In this document: positions 1-8,989 of the stretch, in pieces | Layout of the letters: each line of letters opens with the position of its first letter | How positions within the stretch are numbered: position 1 is the stretch's first letter | NCBI GenBank assembly: GCA_037444445.1 | Contig: JBBIMK010000006.1 | Coordinates: 54,267 to 86,266 of the forward strand | Length of the DNA stretch: 32,000 bases | Origin: a bacterium | Lineage (GTDB): Bacteria; UBP7; UBA6624; JBBIMK01 | Direction of reading: 5' to 3' | Made by a program: the position numbers and the translations under genes | The notes under the pieces: generated by a model | Told to the model about the DNA's origin: nothing | The model's database searches: none | The model's input: only the letters and a program-made list of their open reading frames with translations

Positions 1-3000
1 CAAAATGTCTTTGTGAACTATCCCTATGCCTATGTGTCCACCACACAGGCTGGCTTGAGGATTCTTGATGTGAGTGCTCCCACCCAGCCCAAAGAAGTAG
101 GATTCTTTCGGGATATTCCGTGGATAAATGAAGTGGTGGTGGAGGGAAATTTCGCCTATCTGGCTGCCGGCGCCGCTGGCGTTCACATCCTGGACATTTC
201 CAACCCCAATAACCCGGTGAGGGCAGGATTCCTGGATATACCGGGCGGTGCCAACGGAATTTTCATCTCCGGCTCTTACGCCTATGTAGCAGGTGGAACA
301 GAAGGTGGCTTTCGTGTTATTGACATTAGCAGTCCTTCCAGCCCCAGAGAAATCAGTTATCTTTATACTGCCGGTGAGGCTTACAAAGTGTTTGTCTCTG
401 CAAATCAGGCTTTTGTGACGGATGGAGAAGGGATATGGGTAATAGACATCAGCGACCCGAATAATCCAATAGAAATGGGATTCGTGGGTGCATCCGGAAA
501 GGAATGGGATGTTTGGGCTTCCGATGGCCGTGCCTATGTAGTAGATGAAGAAAGAGGAGTTCAAACCATACACTTGAGCCAGTTGATTCGGCTTGAGGAA
601 GTCGGAACTTACCCAGCGCCAGGAGAAGATATGCGAGTGTTCGTTTCCCGTGGTTATGCCTATGTAGCCGACCGCACCAGAGGGCTTCGGATTCTGGATG
701 TGAACAATCCTACACATCCCAGAGAAGTGGCTTCCTATACTCCACCGGTCGGAATCCAGAAAGTATTCGTAGCCGGGGAATATGCCTGTGTGTCCACGAC
801 GGAAGAAATTAGGATTCTAAATGTCAGTAACCCGTTAAAGCCTGTAGAGGAAGGTTGGATTCCCGGGCGCCCCCTGGAACTATTCATCGCTGGAAACTTT
901 CTCTATTCTGCGGGAGACAGGAGGGTATTTATCTACGATATTCGGAACCCCAAAAACCCCGTATTGACAGGATATTACGATGCACCCGGATTCGTCCAGA
1001 ATGTGTTTGTCACCGAAAGATATCTTTATGTGGCAACTTCTGATGCCGGCCTCCTAATTTTGGATATTTCCGACCCCCTCAATCCCGTAGAAGTTGGGGC
1101 TTACACGAAGGGAGGTGGAGCGATTAGCGTCTTCGTCTCCGGTTCTTACGCCTATGTGAGCACCGCCGGCGGGACCCGCATTCTCAATGTCCGCAACCCG
1201 GCCGCACCAACCGAAATGGCGATATTTTCGCCCACTGGAATGAGATTTCTTTCCGAGAAGTATGCCCTGGGGTATACAACAGCGCCCTATCTCTATCGTA
1301 AACTGGGACCCTTTCTTATAGACCTCCAAAATCCCGCTTTTCCTGTGCAGGTGGGACGATTTCCAGAGGCAGATTTTCCCTTCACAGATTTTTTTCTATC
1401 TGACGAGACTTTGTATGCAGTGGGTCCTCGCAGTGGCTTGCACATTTATCAGATGACTCCGGCTCTTTCAGCGTCACAAGAGGAAAAAGTAAAGGCTTCA
1501 GAAAAAGCCCCAGCAGAAGGGTTCTCCATCCCACCCCAACGCTTTCAGTTGACGGTAGAAATCACGGGGAAAGGAACCGTTACCAGCACACCCAAGGGTA
1601 TCCGGTGCGGGACTACCTGCTCCGCCCCATTTCCAGTAGATTCTACGGTAACTCTGAATGCCACGCCAGAAAAAGGCTGGGCATTTTCCCGCTGGGTAGG
1701 ATGCGACATCTCTCAGGAGAACCAGTGTTCCATCACCCTGAATTTTAACCGCACTGTGAATGTGGATTTCATTTCCCTGGATTCCTGGAGCAAAATTTAT
1801 GCTCCGGCTTATATCCGCACCATTCATCCCACTCCGGATGGAGGATATATCGGTGCAAGTGGAGGCTGGGCTTTCAAATTCAGCTCTCAGGGGAATCTGG
1901 AGTGGCAAAGGGCTTTCACCTTCACTGATAACTCTCGCTCTTTCTGGTTCAATTCCACTATGCCAGCAAAGGATGGTGGATATATCCTGGGCGGAGGCGC
2001 ACAAATTAGTGAAAAGAGGGGAAACGATTTGGTGACCGTCCGTTCTGACGCCTGGGTAGTGAAACTGAATTCTAAACTTCAGGTGGAATGGCAAAAGGCT
2101 TATGGCAACACGGTTAACAGTGAGGTAAAATCCATCATGCCCGCCAGTGATGGTGGGTTCATCGCCGTGGGAAGTATCGGGAATCCGAGATTTTTAACAG
2201 ATTCCCCCTGGATATTCAAATTGGATGCCCGGGGAAACATAATCCAGCAAAGGTCCTTTGAAAACGCTCTATTTGTTAAAGCCTTCAACATTCAAGAAAC
2301 TCCGGATGGCGGTTATATCACAGCACTCAGCAATGGCACGGTCATAAAAATGGATTCCCAACTCAAAGAAATCTGGCAGAAAAAATTCTGGATTCAAGAG
2401 CAGGATACCTACCGTTTTCATTCCATACTTCTGGCGAAAGATAATGGATTTCTGGTGGTGGGTGACACTACCGGCTGGAACCCCAGCAATACGGATTTCT
2501 TCCTCCTGAAACTGGATGCCACCGGGAATATGGTATGGAGCAAAGCCTATGACCTTCAGTGGCGCGACCGAATACGCTCCATTGCCCGAACCCTGGAAGG
2601 TGGATATATTGTGGCAGGAACCTCGGAACCACCTTCAGCGGGATTGGAAGAAGAGGAAATCTTCCCATCCAATCATATCTCCAGTAAATACTTTGCCACC
2701 ATCTGGGTGGTGAGGCTGGATGAGGAAGGCAATATCCTGTGGCAAAAAACTTACTCCAGTCCTTCAGGAAATCAATTGTATGGAATTCATCCCACCGGGG
2801 ATGGAGGTTTTCTCTTAGCCCTGCAGAGTTTTGTTATCACCCGCCCGGACCCGGAGTTGAGCCAGCCAGCGATATGGCTTTTGAAACTGGACGCCCAGGG
2901 CGATATAGCCTCTTGCGACCTGCCAGGCCTGGGGCAGGTTGCTTCTGGCAGGGTGAGAACTTTACAAGTTTCACCCGAAGAACTGAATCAACCTCCCTTC

Positions 3001-3165
3001 TCTCCCCTCACCCTAAAGACCACTTCCTTGAAAGTTAGAGATACCGAGGCTATTGTCCAACCGGCGGGTTATGTCAAACTTTTCACTGACCGTTGCGTCC
3101 CCGACCCGGAATTCTATAAAATTTTCCCTCTCTTGCAGACATCTCCTGAACTCGGCTTCTATTAA
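1..3165 (+). CDS. Multi-domain surface/secreted repeat protein, 5'-truncated by the window edge: LVIVD repeats + InlB-B-repeat-like domain + seven 'DGGY' propeller-like repeats
   Basis: Frame 1 is open from nt 1, and the first residues (QNVFVNYPYAYV) are already mid-repeat, so the GTG at 13 is not the true start. About 12 LVIVD-type units (YAYVA-x4-GLRILDVSNP-x2-P-x-EVG) run to about nt 1440. Nt 1543-1770 encodes 'GKGTVTSTPKGIRCGTTCSAPF..VTLNATPEKGWAFSRWVGCD', typical of divergent InlB B-repeat-like domains. Nt ~1830-2900 carries 7 spaced repeats 'P-x-DGG(Y/F)I-x-G ... (V/L)KLD-x-x-G-x-x-x-W-x-K-x-(Y/F)'. Confidence 0.8.
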   Translation, partial: QNVFVNYPYAYVSTTQAGLRILDVSAPTQPKEVGFFRDIPWINEVVVEGNFAYLAAGAAGVHILDISNPNNPVRAGFLDIPGGANGIFISGSYAYVAGGTEGGFRVIDISSPSSPREISYLYTAGEAYKVFVSANQAFVTDGEGIWVIDISDPNNPIEMGFVGASGKEWDVWASDGRAYVVDEERGVQTIHLSQLIRLEEVGTYPAPGEDMRVFVSRGYAYVADRTRGLRILDVNNPTHPREVASYTPPVGIQKVFVAGEYACVSTTEEIRILNVSNPLKPVEEGWIPGRPLELFIAGNFLYSAGDRRVFIYDIRNPKNPVLTGYYDAPGFVQNVFVTERYLYVATSDAGLLILDISDPLNPVEVGAYTKGGGAISVFVSGSYAYVSTAGGTRILNVRNPAAPTEMAIFSPTGMRFLSEKYALGYTTAPYLYRKLGPFLIDLQNPAFPVQVGRFPEADFPFTDFFLSDETLYAVGPRSGLHIYQMTPALSASQEEKVKASEKAPAEGFSIPPQRFQLTVEITGKGTVTSTPKGIRCGTTCSAPFPVDSTVTLNATPEKGWAFSRWVGCDISQENQCSITLNFNRTVNVDFISLDSWSKIYAPAYIRTIHPTPDGGYIGASGGWAFKFSSQGNLEWQRAFTFTDNSRSFWFNSTMPAKDGGYILGGGAQISEKRGNDLVTVRSDAWVVKLNSKLQVEWQKAYGNTVNSEVKSIMPASDGGFIAVGSIGNPRFLTDSPWIFKLDARGNIIQQRSFENALFVKAFNIQETPDGGYITALSNGTVIKMDSQLKEIWQKKFWIQEQDTYRFHSILLAKDNGFLVVGDTTGWNPSNTDFFLLKLDATGNMVWSKAYDLQWRDRIRSIARTLEGGYIVAGTSEPPSAGLEEEEIFPSNHISSKYFATIWVVRLDEEGNILWQKTYSSPSGNQLYGIHPTGDGGFLLALQSFVITRPDPELSQPAIWLLKLDAQGDIASCDLPGLGQVASGRVRTLQVSPEELNQPPFSPLTLKTTSLKVRDTEAIVQPAGYVKLFTDRCVPDPEFYKIFPLLQTSPELGFY

Positions 3166-3246
3166 CCTGCGCCCCATGACAAAACAGCAATGAACACGGT
3201 GGAGGAGATGAGCATGAATGAAAACGTGAGAAAAAGGAGGTAAAGT

Positions 3247-5196
3247 ATGATTCTACAAAAATTCCCCGGGGGAGTCCTTTCTATCCTGATTCTCTGGTTG
3301 TGTTTCCTTCCAATCACCGGTGACGAACCACCTGGCATCATTCAAGAAAGTTACTCTGGATTCTATATGAAGAACGCTGACCCGGCATTTGATGTTGTGG
3401 TGCGAGGTAATTATGCCTATGTGGCAAGTGCAGGGCTCAAAATCCTGGATGTAACTCACCCTTCTTCCCCTGAGGTGGTGGGCTTTCTTCCTTCTCCTCA
3501 CAAAACCCTTCTCACCCGTCTCTTCCTTGCCCATCCCTTCATCTATATGAACGATGGGAAAAATCTCTCTATTGGGGATGTGAGCGACCCAAAACAGCCC
3601 AAGTTATTAGGCTCCTTCACCTCCCCCAATTCAGTGGTGGACCTGGCGATTTCAGACCCCTATGTCTTCCTGGCGGAAGGGGAAAAGGGAATCCGCATCC
3701 TGAACATCACCAACCCCTCTGATCCTAAAGAAATCCATGTCAATCCCATCCACGCCGATGCCCTCTTCTCCTCCGGAAAATATCTCTTTGTAGCAGACCG
3801 AATCCGGGGGCTATCCATTCTGGACATCTCCACCCCCACACAACCCAAGGAAGTGGGATTCCATCGTGGATTCCCAGGAGCAGACAGTGTCTTTGTTTCA
3901 GGTGAGAACGCATTCCTCTCCCAGAGTGGTTATAAACTCCTGATATTAAATGTGAAGAACCCCGTAAATCCCACGGTGTTGTGGGAAGAAGAAAAAACCT
4001 CACTTGAGGACACGGGGTCCGTTCAGGCTGTCTCGGGTAAGTATGTGTATACCCACACACGCAGTGGATTTCGCATCCTCCAATGGAGTAAAACTTCAGA
4101 ACAGCCTGTGGAAATGGCAAATTATAGCGTAGACCATTCGGAGCATTTGTTTGTCTCCGGTTCCTACTTATATCTGGCTACAGGAATGCAAGGGTTACGC
4201 ATCTTTGACATCAGCCAGCCATCTAAACCCCGACATATGAGCGGTGCAGACCCGGGTTGGGTCAAGGAAGTCCTCCTCGTGGGTGATTTTGCTTTTATCA
4301 CAAACGGCCATTACATCCATATCCTCCGCGTGGCACAACCCTCTGACCCAAAGGAGGTAGGGCGAATTGATTTGAACCCACCGAGCCCATACTCCTACGG
4401 TCTTGGAAGCGCCATAGCCCAGGATATTTCTTTCTCTAACCCTTACCTTCTCAGCACCAGTATCAGCGGCATGGGTAGCAGTAGTCTGGCCATCCACGAT
4501 GTCAGTAATATCGCAAAGCCAAAGTTGGTGGGGAAACTTGAATCTTTAGGGATGGCCTCTGCTCTCTCCATCTCCGGAAATTATGCCTACATTCTGGATG
4601 AAACTCCCCTCGTGATTGTAGACATCTCCGACCCTTCCAAGCCGAAAAAAGTGGGAGAGTATCGCAGGATACCTTCGGCGTTGTTTCTCAACGCTGGCAT
4701 TGATGTGTCGGAAGATTATGCCTATTTGCTCCAGGATAAACTCCTGATTCTGAATGTGAGCAAGCCTTCTATGCCCAGAGAAGTAGGAACTTATCCTACC
4801 TATGGAAACGGCATTTTTGTCTCCGGGCCCTATGTCTTTGTGGCAGGGGGTTTCAAAGGGTTGACCATCCTGGATGTGAGCAACCCTCAACTCATTTCAG
4901 AAGTGGCATCCTATGCCACACCATCCGGGTTACCCAACAATGTTTTTGTTACAGCAGGATATGCGTATGTGGCGGATGGAGAAAAAGGCGGGCTTCGGAT
5001 TTTTGATGTGAGCCACCCATCAAAGCCCGAAGAAGTGGGATATGTGGATACTCCCGGGGAGGCGTGGAGTGTGTTTGTGAAAGGGAAATTCGCCTATGTG
5101 GCCGATGGGGGCGGGCTCCGCATCTACGATGTCCAAAACCCCACTAAACCCGTTGAAGTAGGCTACTGGCACGCCCCACCGGTGCAAGTCTGGTAA
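3247..5196 (+). CDS. LVIVD-repeat protein with N-terminal signal-like peptide (paralog of the upstream gene's N-terminal half)
   Basis: ATG 3247 follows GGAGG (3236-3240) with a 6-nt spacer. The N-terminus has a hydrophobic segment (GGVLSILILWLCFLPITG). The rest consists of LVIVD-type units (YAYVA..GLKILDVTHPSSPEVVG, YAYVADGEKGGLRIFDVSHPSKPEEVG, and similar). Confidence 0.8.
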   Translation: MILQKFPGGVLSILILWLCFLPITGDEPPGIIQESYSGFYMKNADPAFDVVVRGNYAYVASAGLKILDVTHPSSPEVVGFLPSPHKTLLTRLFLAHPFIYMNDGKNLSIGDVSDPKQPKLLGSFTSPNSVVDLAISDPYVFLAEGEKGIRILNITNPSDPKEIHVNPIHADALFSSGKYLFVADRIRGLSILDISTPTQPKEVGFHRGFPGADSVFVSGENAFLSQSGYKLLILNVKNPVNPTVLWEEEKTSLEDTGSVQAVSGKYVYTHTRSGFRILQWSKTSEQPVEMANYSVDHSEHLFVSGSYLYLATGMQGLRIFDISQPSKPRHMSGADPGWVKEVLLVGDFAFITNGHYIHILRVAQPSDPKEVGRIDLNPPSPYSYGLGSAIAQDISFSNPYLLSTSISGMGSSSLAIHDVSNIAKPKLVGKLESLGMASALSISGNYAYILDETPLVIVDISDPSKPKKVGEYRRIPSALFLNAGIDVSEDYAYLLQDKLLILNVSKPSMPREVGTYPTYGNGIFVSGPYVFVAGGFKGLTILDVSNPQLISEVASYATPSGLPNNVFVTAGYAYVADGEKGGLRIFDVSHPSKPEEVGYVDTPGEAWSVFVKGKFAYVADGGGLRIYDVQNPTKPVEVGYWHAPPVQVW

Positions 5197-5380
5197 TCCC
5201 TGCTCTCTCTTACTCCTGCCCTCAGGGTAAACCACGCAGGTTGGGCTTTACCTATCTGGCTTAAATTCGTTTAAAATCTGGCATTGCGTATTTTGAACTT
5301 CATACCCTCCAGTCTCCCCTGAAAAAACACCCATTTCCTCACTGCTCACGCAAGCCCTGATTGATGATACGAATTCTGAC

Positions 5381-5938
5381 TCAGTGAAATTCGTTCGCCA
5401 CCACAAACCAGTTCGCAAACAACTCCTTCTCTATCTTTGGATAATCTTTATACCTTCTCCGTATCAAGCCCCAGAATTTATCATTATGCCTTCTTTCACA
5501 CAGATGGGCAACCTCGTGGAATATCACATACTCTATTAAATCATCGGGCAGATACTTCACCCATGTATTGATGGTTAAGTTTTTTTTGTGGCTCAGGCTT
5601 GCCCACCTGGTTTTCATTCTCCGGTAGTAAATGCGATTCAACTTCACACCCAATCTTTTGCACGCCTCCTGGCTTGAAGCATACACAAGGATTCTGAAAT
5701 CCTCATCTTTTCTGCGTATCACTTGCTTCCTTGAGGTGCTTTTTATGCACTCCTCTATAAAACCCATCTTCTTCCGAATCCACCGCTTATGCTTCTCTAA
5801 TATAGGCTCAGGTTTACAGCCGAAGGGTAAAATCAACACGAGTTCTCCTGTGTTCAATTCAATGCGCGGATATTTCACCGCACGATATAAAACTTTATAC
5901 GGTATGCTCTCCCATTCCATAAGAATCCAACTTTTCAC
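5381..5938 (-). CDS. DUF45 / YgjP-like (M48/WLM-like) zinc-dependent hydrolase linked to type I R-M
   Basis: Contains the HExxH motif in 'VIFHEVAHLCERRHNDKFWGLI' plus an N-terminal 'IPYKVLYRAVKYPRIELNTGELVLILP', both typical of DUF45 proteins. The 5' end overlaps the hsdR 3' end (hsdR stop at 5895-5897). The start is either GTG 5938 or ATG 5920. Confidence 0.75.
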   Translation of the reverse strand: MKSWILMEWESIPYKVLYRAVKYPRIELNTGELVLILPFGCKPEPILEKHKRWIRKKMGFIEECIKSTSRKQVIRRKDEDFRILVYASSQEACKRLGVKLNRIYYRRMKTRWASLSHKKNLTINTWVKYLPDDLIEYVIFHEVAHLCERRHNDKFWGLIRRRYKDYPKIEKELFANWFVVANEFH

Positions 5939-8900
5939 TCAAGTTGTGATACAACTCCTCCATTTCCTTCATTGGAAGGCGATATTGCACCTTATATTTT
6001 CTTACGAATTCTCGGATTTTGCTTTTCACAGCCTGTTTTGCAGTCGCCTGATTCCACCATCCCGGGAACATATATTCTCGCACTCTTTCTAAAAGAAGTT
6101 TCACATCATCCTTGAATATCTCATACCTGCCAAACTTTTTCTCCAGGTCAAGCAACCAACTGTATTCTAAGTTAGATAGCCCCAGTTCCTGCTGTCTTTC
6201 CGTTAACGCTCGTATCTCCTGGAATATCCCGGTGGCTTCGTCATAAATCGCCTTGTAATTTTTCGTTTTCTCCTTCCAGAGTTTTAAAAGTCTCTCCACT
6301 TTATCCACCAACGACTCGTAGATGGGGTTATTCCGCTTTTCCACAAGGACAAGTCGGTGTAAGATGAAAAGCATACTCGCTGCCTTTTCTTCCCTGCTTT
6401 TTACCTTTTCCTCTATGGCAGTCAGAGCCTCAACACCTAATTCTAAGGACGGCAATCTCGTCTCCAAATTCTCAATTTCTGTGGATTTGTGGATATATCG
6501 CAAAGTTTTGGCATAATACCGCTCATAGGCCGACTCCTCAGGCTTCTGAAGCACAGTTTTTATATAATGAACATAAATTGCGGAAATCCACTTGTAATCT
6601 TCAAAATGCTCCAATTTAACCTCATCCGGACCCAGAAGTTCAAAGATTTTTCTCAGCCTCTTATAAGCATTCACGAATTCTTTTCCCTTCTCCTCCTCCG
6701 AAGTAAGAATTTCCACAGCCTTCAGAAGACTTTCCCGCTCATAATCCCTTGGCACCTCCTTCAGGAGATGTAGAATACCCTGGATTGTAGTGATAAAGTC
6801 TTGTCTAATAGCATCATAGTCACAGAGCGCTCCCTGGATGTCCTCCTCACTATACATCTCCAGAGCCTTGTGCAACTGTTTCAGGACGCCAGCATAATCA
6901 ATGACCAGTCCCGCCTCCTTCACATCCTTATAAGGGCGATTCGTCCTCGCCACCGCCTGAAGAAGGCGATGCTCCCTCAACGGCTTATCCAGATACATTG
7001 TTTGAAGAATGGGAGCATCAAACCCCGTCAGAAGCATATCCGTCACTATCAGAATTTTAGGGTATTCCTCTTCCTTAAACTTTTCAATGACACTTTTCCG
7101 TATCTCCTCGGCATCCCTCCTCCCGTATTTTTCCACAGTTTTACTTACATATTCCTGAATCACCGGCTCTTCTTCTGCAGTCGTATAGGTCATAATCACT
7201 TCGGAGCATTCTTCAGGCAGAAGTTGGTCTAACGCATTCTTATACAGGACGCAAGCCTTCCTGGAGCAAGCCGCCACCATCGCCTTGAACCTTCCATCCA
7301 CATTCTCCTGAAAATGCTTTACAATATCCTTCGCAATCATTCGGATTCGCTCCGGGTTTTCCAGCACCACCCGGATGGCATTCAAACTCCTTTTCACCTT
7401 TTCTTCCACTTCCTCCCGAATCTCCTCTGGCAACTCTTCCATCTCCGCTTCCCAGAATGCCTCAAGCATTTCCTTCTTCAAATGGACTTCATCTTCCAGC
7501 CTCGGTTGATAGACAATTTTCACCGTAAAGCCATCTTTGATAGAATCCGTGATGAAATATCTGTCCAGATAAACCTCTGCAGGCGGGTAACTGAATTCAA
7601 GAAAAGTATCTCGTCCCCTTTTGGATATAGGAGTGCCGGTGAGGGCAAAGAAGAAGGCATTTTTCAGGATGGCTTTCATCTGCGCCGCAAGGATTCCATA
7701 TTGAGTTCTATGCCCTTCATCCACGAAGGCAATCACATTCCGCCGGGTCATTATGGTCTCCTTTTGCCCGGAGACCTCCTCCAGTTCCTTTTGAAGGGCC
7801 CCCAACTCCTCCGGTCTGAATTTATGAATCAGAGTGATGAACACTCCCCTTTTTCCCCGATAATCGTCGTGCACGAGCACATTTTTCAGTTCTTCCGCAG
7901 TCTGGATAATTTCAGGCTTTACGATGTCCAAAGAATAAAACTCTTTGTGGAGTTGGTCCTCCAGTTCAATTCGGTCCACGATAAAGAAAATAGAGGGATT
8001 TCCCAACTCTTCGTGGTAATAAAGTTTATTGGCAGCAAAAACCATCGTCAGCGTCTTCCCGGACCCCTGCCAGTGCCAGATTAAGCCTCTGTTCTTTTCC
8101 TCCTCGCCCCTGAGATTCCCAACAACCCTGCTCACCATCTTATTCGCCGCCCTGTATTGCATATATCTCGTGATTATCTTTGTGGCTTCTCCCCGTTCTA
8201 TCCTGAAGAAAAGAAAATGGTGGATGATGTCCAGGAGGATATCGGTAGAGAGCATTTCAATCATGGAATCAATAGAATTGTAGGGGCGATTTGATAAATC
8301 GACCTTTTCTGGGCGACCCAACGGGTCGCCTCTACCATTCTTCCATTCTTCAGTCCTAACATCATCCTGCCACGGAACTATCGGGAAATATCTCGCTTTC
8401 GCCTCAGCCGCAATTCCTATTTGAACATATTTATACAGTTCTGGAACTTTTTCTTGATAATCCTGAATCTGCCGGCAGGCGTGATACCAGGTTTCTGTCA
8501 TACTCACCGGGCTTTTACACTCTATATTCACAAGAGGAATCCCGTTGATATAAAGCAAAATATCATTCCTTATAGGCTCCCTTCCGTAATGCCACACTTG
8601 CCTTGACACGATGAATTCATTATTCGCAATATCTTTATAATCAAAGAGTTGCACGAACTTCACCACTCGCTCCTTTTCAAACTTCATGCTTATGCCGAAT
8701 TTATAGAAGTTCAGAATCCGTTTAGCTCCTTCCTGACCAGCGCCAGCCAGTTTCAGTTCACTCAACGCTCTTTGAATTTCTTCATCCCCAATCCCGCTGT
8801 GCTGATTGATTCTTTTTAATCCTCTCATCAGAGGCAGTATCAGGCGAGGTTCATCCAGCGATTCCCTCTCCAAATCTTCCGCGGGCACAAACTTCCACCC

Positions 8901-8963
8901 CTTCTCCTGCAGTTTCTCAACGATATAATCTTCTACCAACGCTCTCTCCGTAAAATCACTCAT
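5895..8963 (-). CDS. hsdR: Type I restriction enzyme, R (endonuclease/translocase) subunit
   Basis: N-terminal PD-(D/E)xK-like 'NDILLYINGIPLVNIECKSP'. SF2 helicase motif I 'WQGSGKTLTM', motif II 'FVDEGHRTQYG', 'LTGTPI', and motif VI 'QAVARTNR'. Long helical C-terminal domain. Length 1022 aa. Sits in an operon with hsdM and hsdS. Confidence 0.95.
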   Translation of the reverse strand: MSDFTERALVEDYIVEKLQEKGWKFVPAEDLERESLDEPRLILPLMRGLKRINQHSGIGDEEIQRALSELKLAGAGQEGAKRILNFYKFGISMKFEKERVVKFVQLFDYKDIANNEFIVSRQVWHYGREPIRNDILLYINGIPLVNIECKSPVSMTETWYHACRQIQDYQEKVPELYKYVQIGIAAEAKARYFPIVPWQDDVRTEEWKNGRGDPLGRPEKVDLSNRPYNSIDSMIEMLSTDILLDIIHHFLFFRIERGEATKIITRYMQYRAANKMVSRVVGNLRGEEEKNRGLIWHWQGSGKTLTMVFAANKLYYHEELGNPSIFFIVDRIELEDQLHKEFYSLDIVKPEIIQTAEELKNVLVHDDYRGKRGVFITLIHKFRPEELGALQKELEEVSGQKETIMTRRNVIAFVDEGHRTQYGILAAQMKAILKNAFFFALTGTPISKRGRDTFLEFSYPPAEVYLDRYFITDSIKDGFTVKIVYQPRLEDEVHLKKEMLEAFWEAEMEELPEEIREEVEEKVKRSLNAIRVVLENPERIRMIAKDIVKHFQENVDGRFKAMVAACSRKACVLYKNALDQLLPEECSEVIMTYTTAEEEPVIQEYVSKTVEKYGRRDAEEIRKSVIEKFKEEEYPKILIVTDMLLTGFDAPILQTMYLDKPLREHRLLQAVARTNRPYKDVKEAGLVIDYAGVLKQLHKALEMYSEEDIQGALCDYDAIRQDFITTIQGILHLLKEVPRDYERESLLKAVEILTSEEEKGKEFVNAYKRLRKIFELLGPDEVKLEHFEDYKWISAIYVHYIKTVLQKPEESAYERYYAKTLRYIHKSTEIENLETRLPSLELGVEALTAIEEKVKSREEKAASMLFILHRLVLVEKRNNPIYESLVDKVERLLKLWKEKTKNYKAIYDEATGIFQEIRALTERQQELGLSNLEYSWLLDLEKKFGRYEIFKDDVKLLLERVREYMFPGWWNQATAKQAVKSKIREFVRKYKVQYRLPMKEMEELYHNLSEKLDSYGMGEHTV

Positions 8964-8989
8964 GATAAGTTATATCCTCAAAAACATAT

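Noticed and set aside
5197-5380. Island boundaries searched for att-like direct repeats, a tRNA or an integrase (also 15355-15414)
   Set aside because: By eye I found no repeat shared between the two boundary regions and no mobility gene in the window. Recent mobility of the island is therefore not supported, though a proper alignment could still find short repeats.
5631-8606. Plus-strand ORFs inside hsdR from the six-frame track (5631..6092, 6801..7232, 7314..8084, 8029..8283 and others)
   Set aside because: They are antisense shadows of a 1022-aa ORF that has clear helicase and nuclease motifs. Their translations are low-complexity, and they have no RBS or recognisable motifs.
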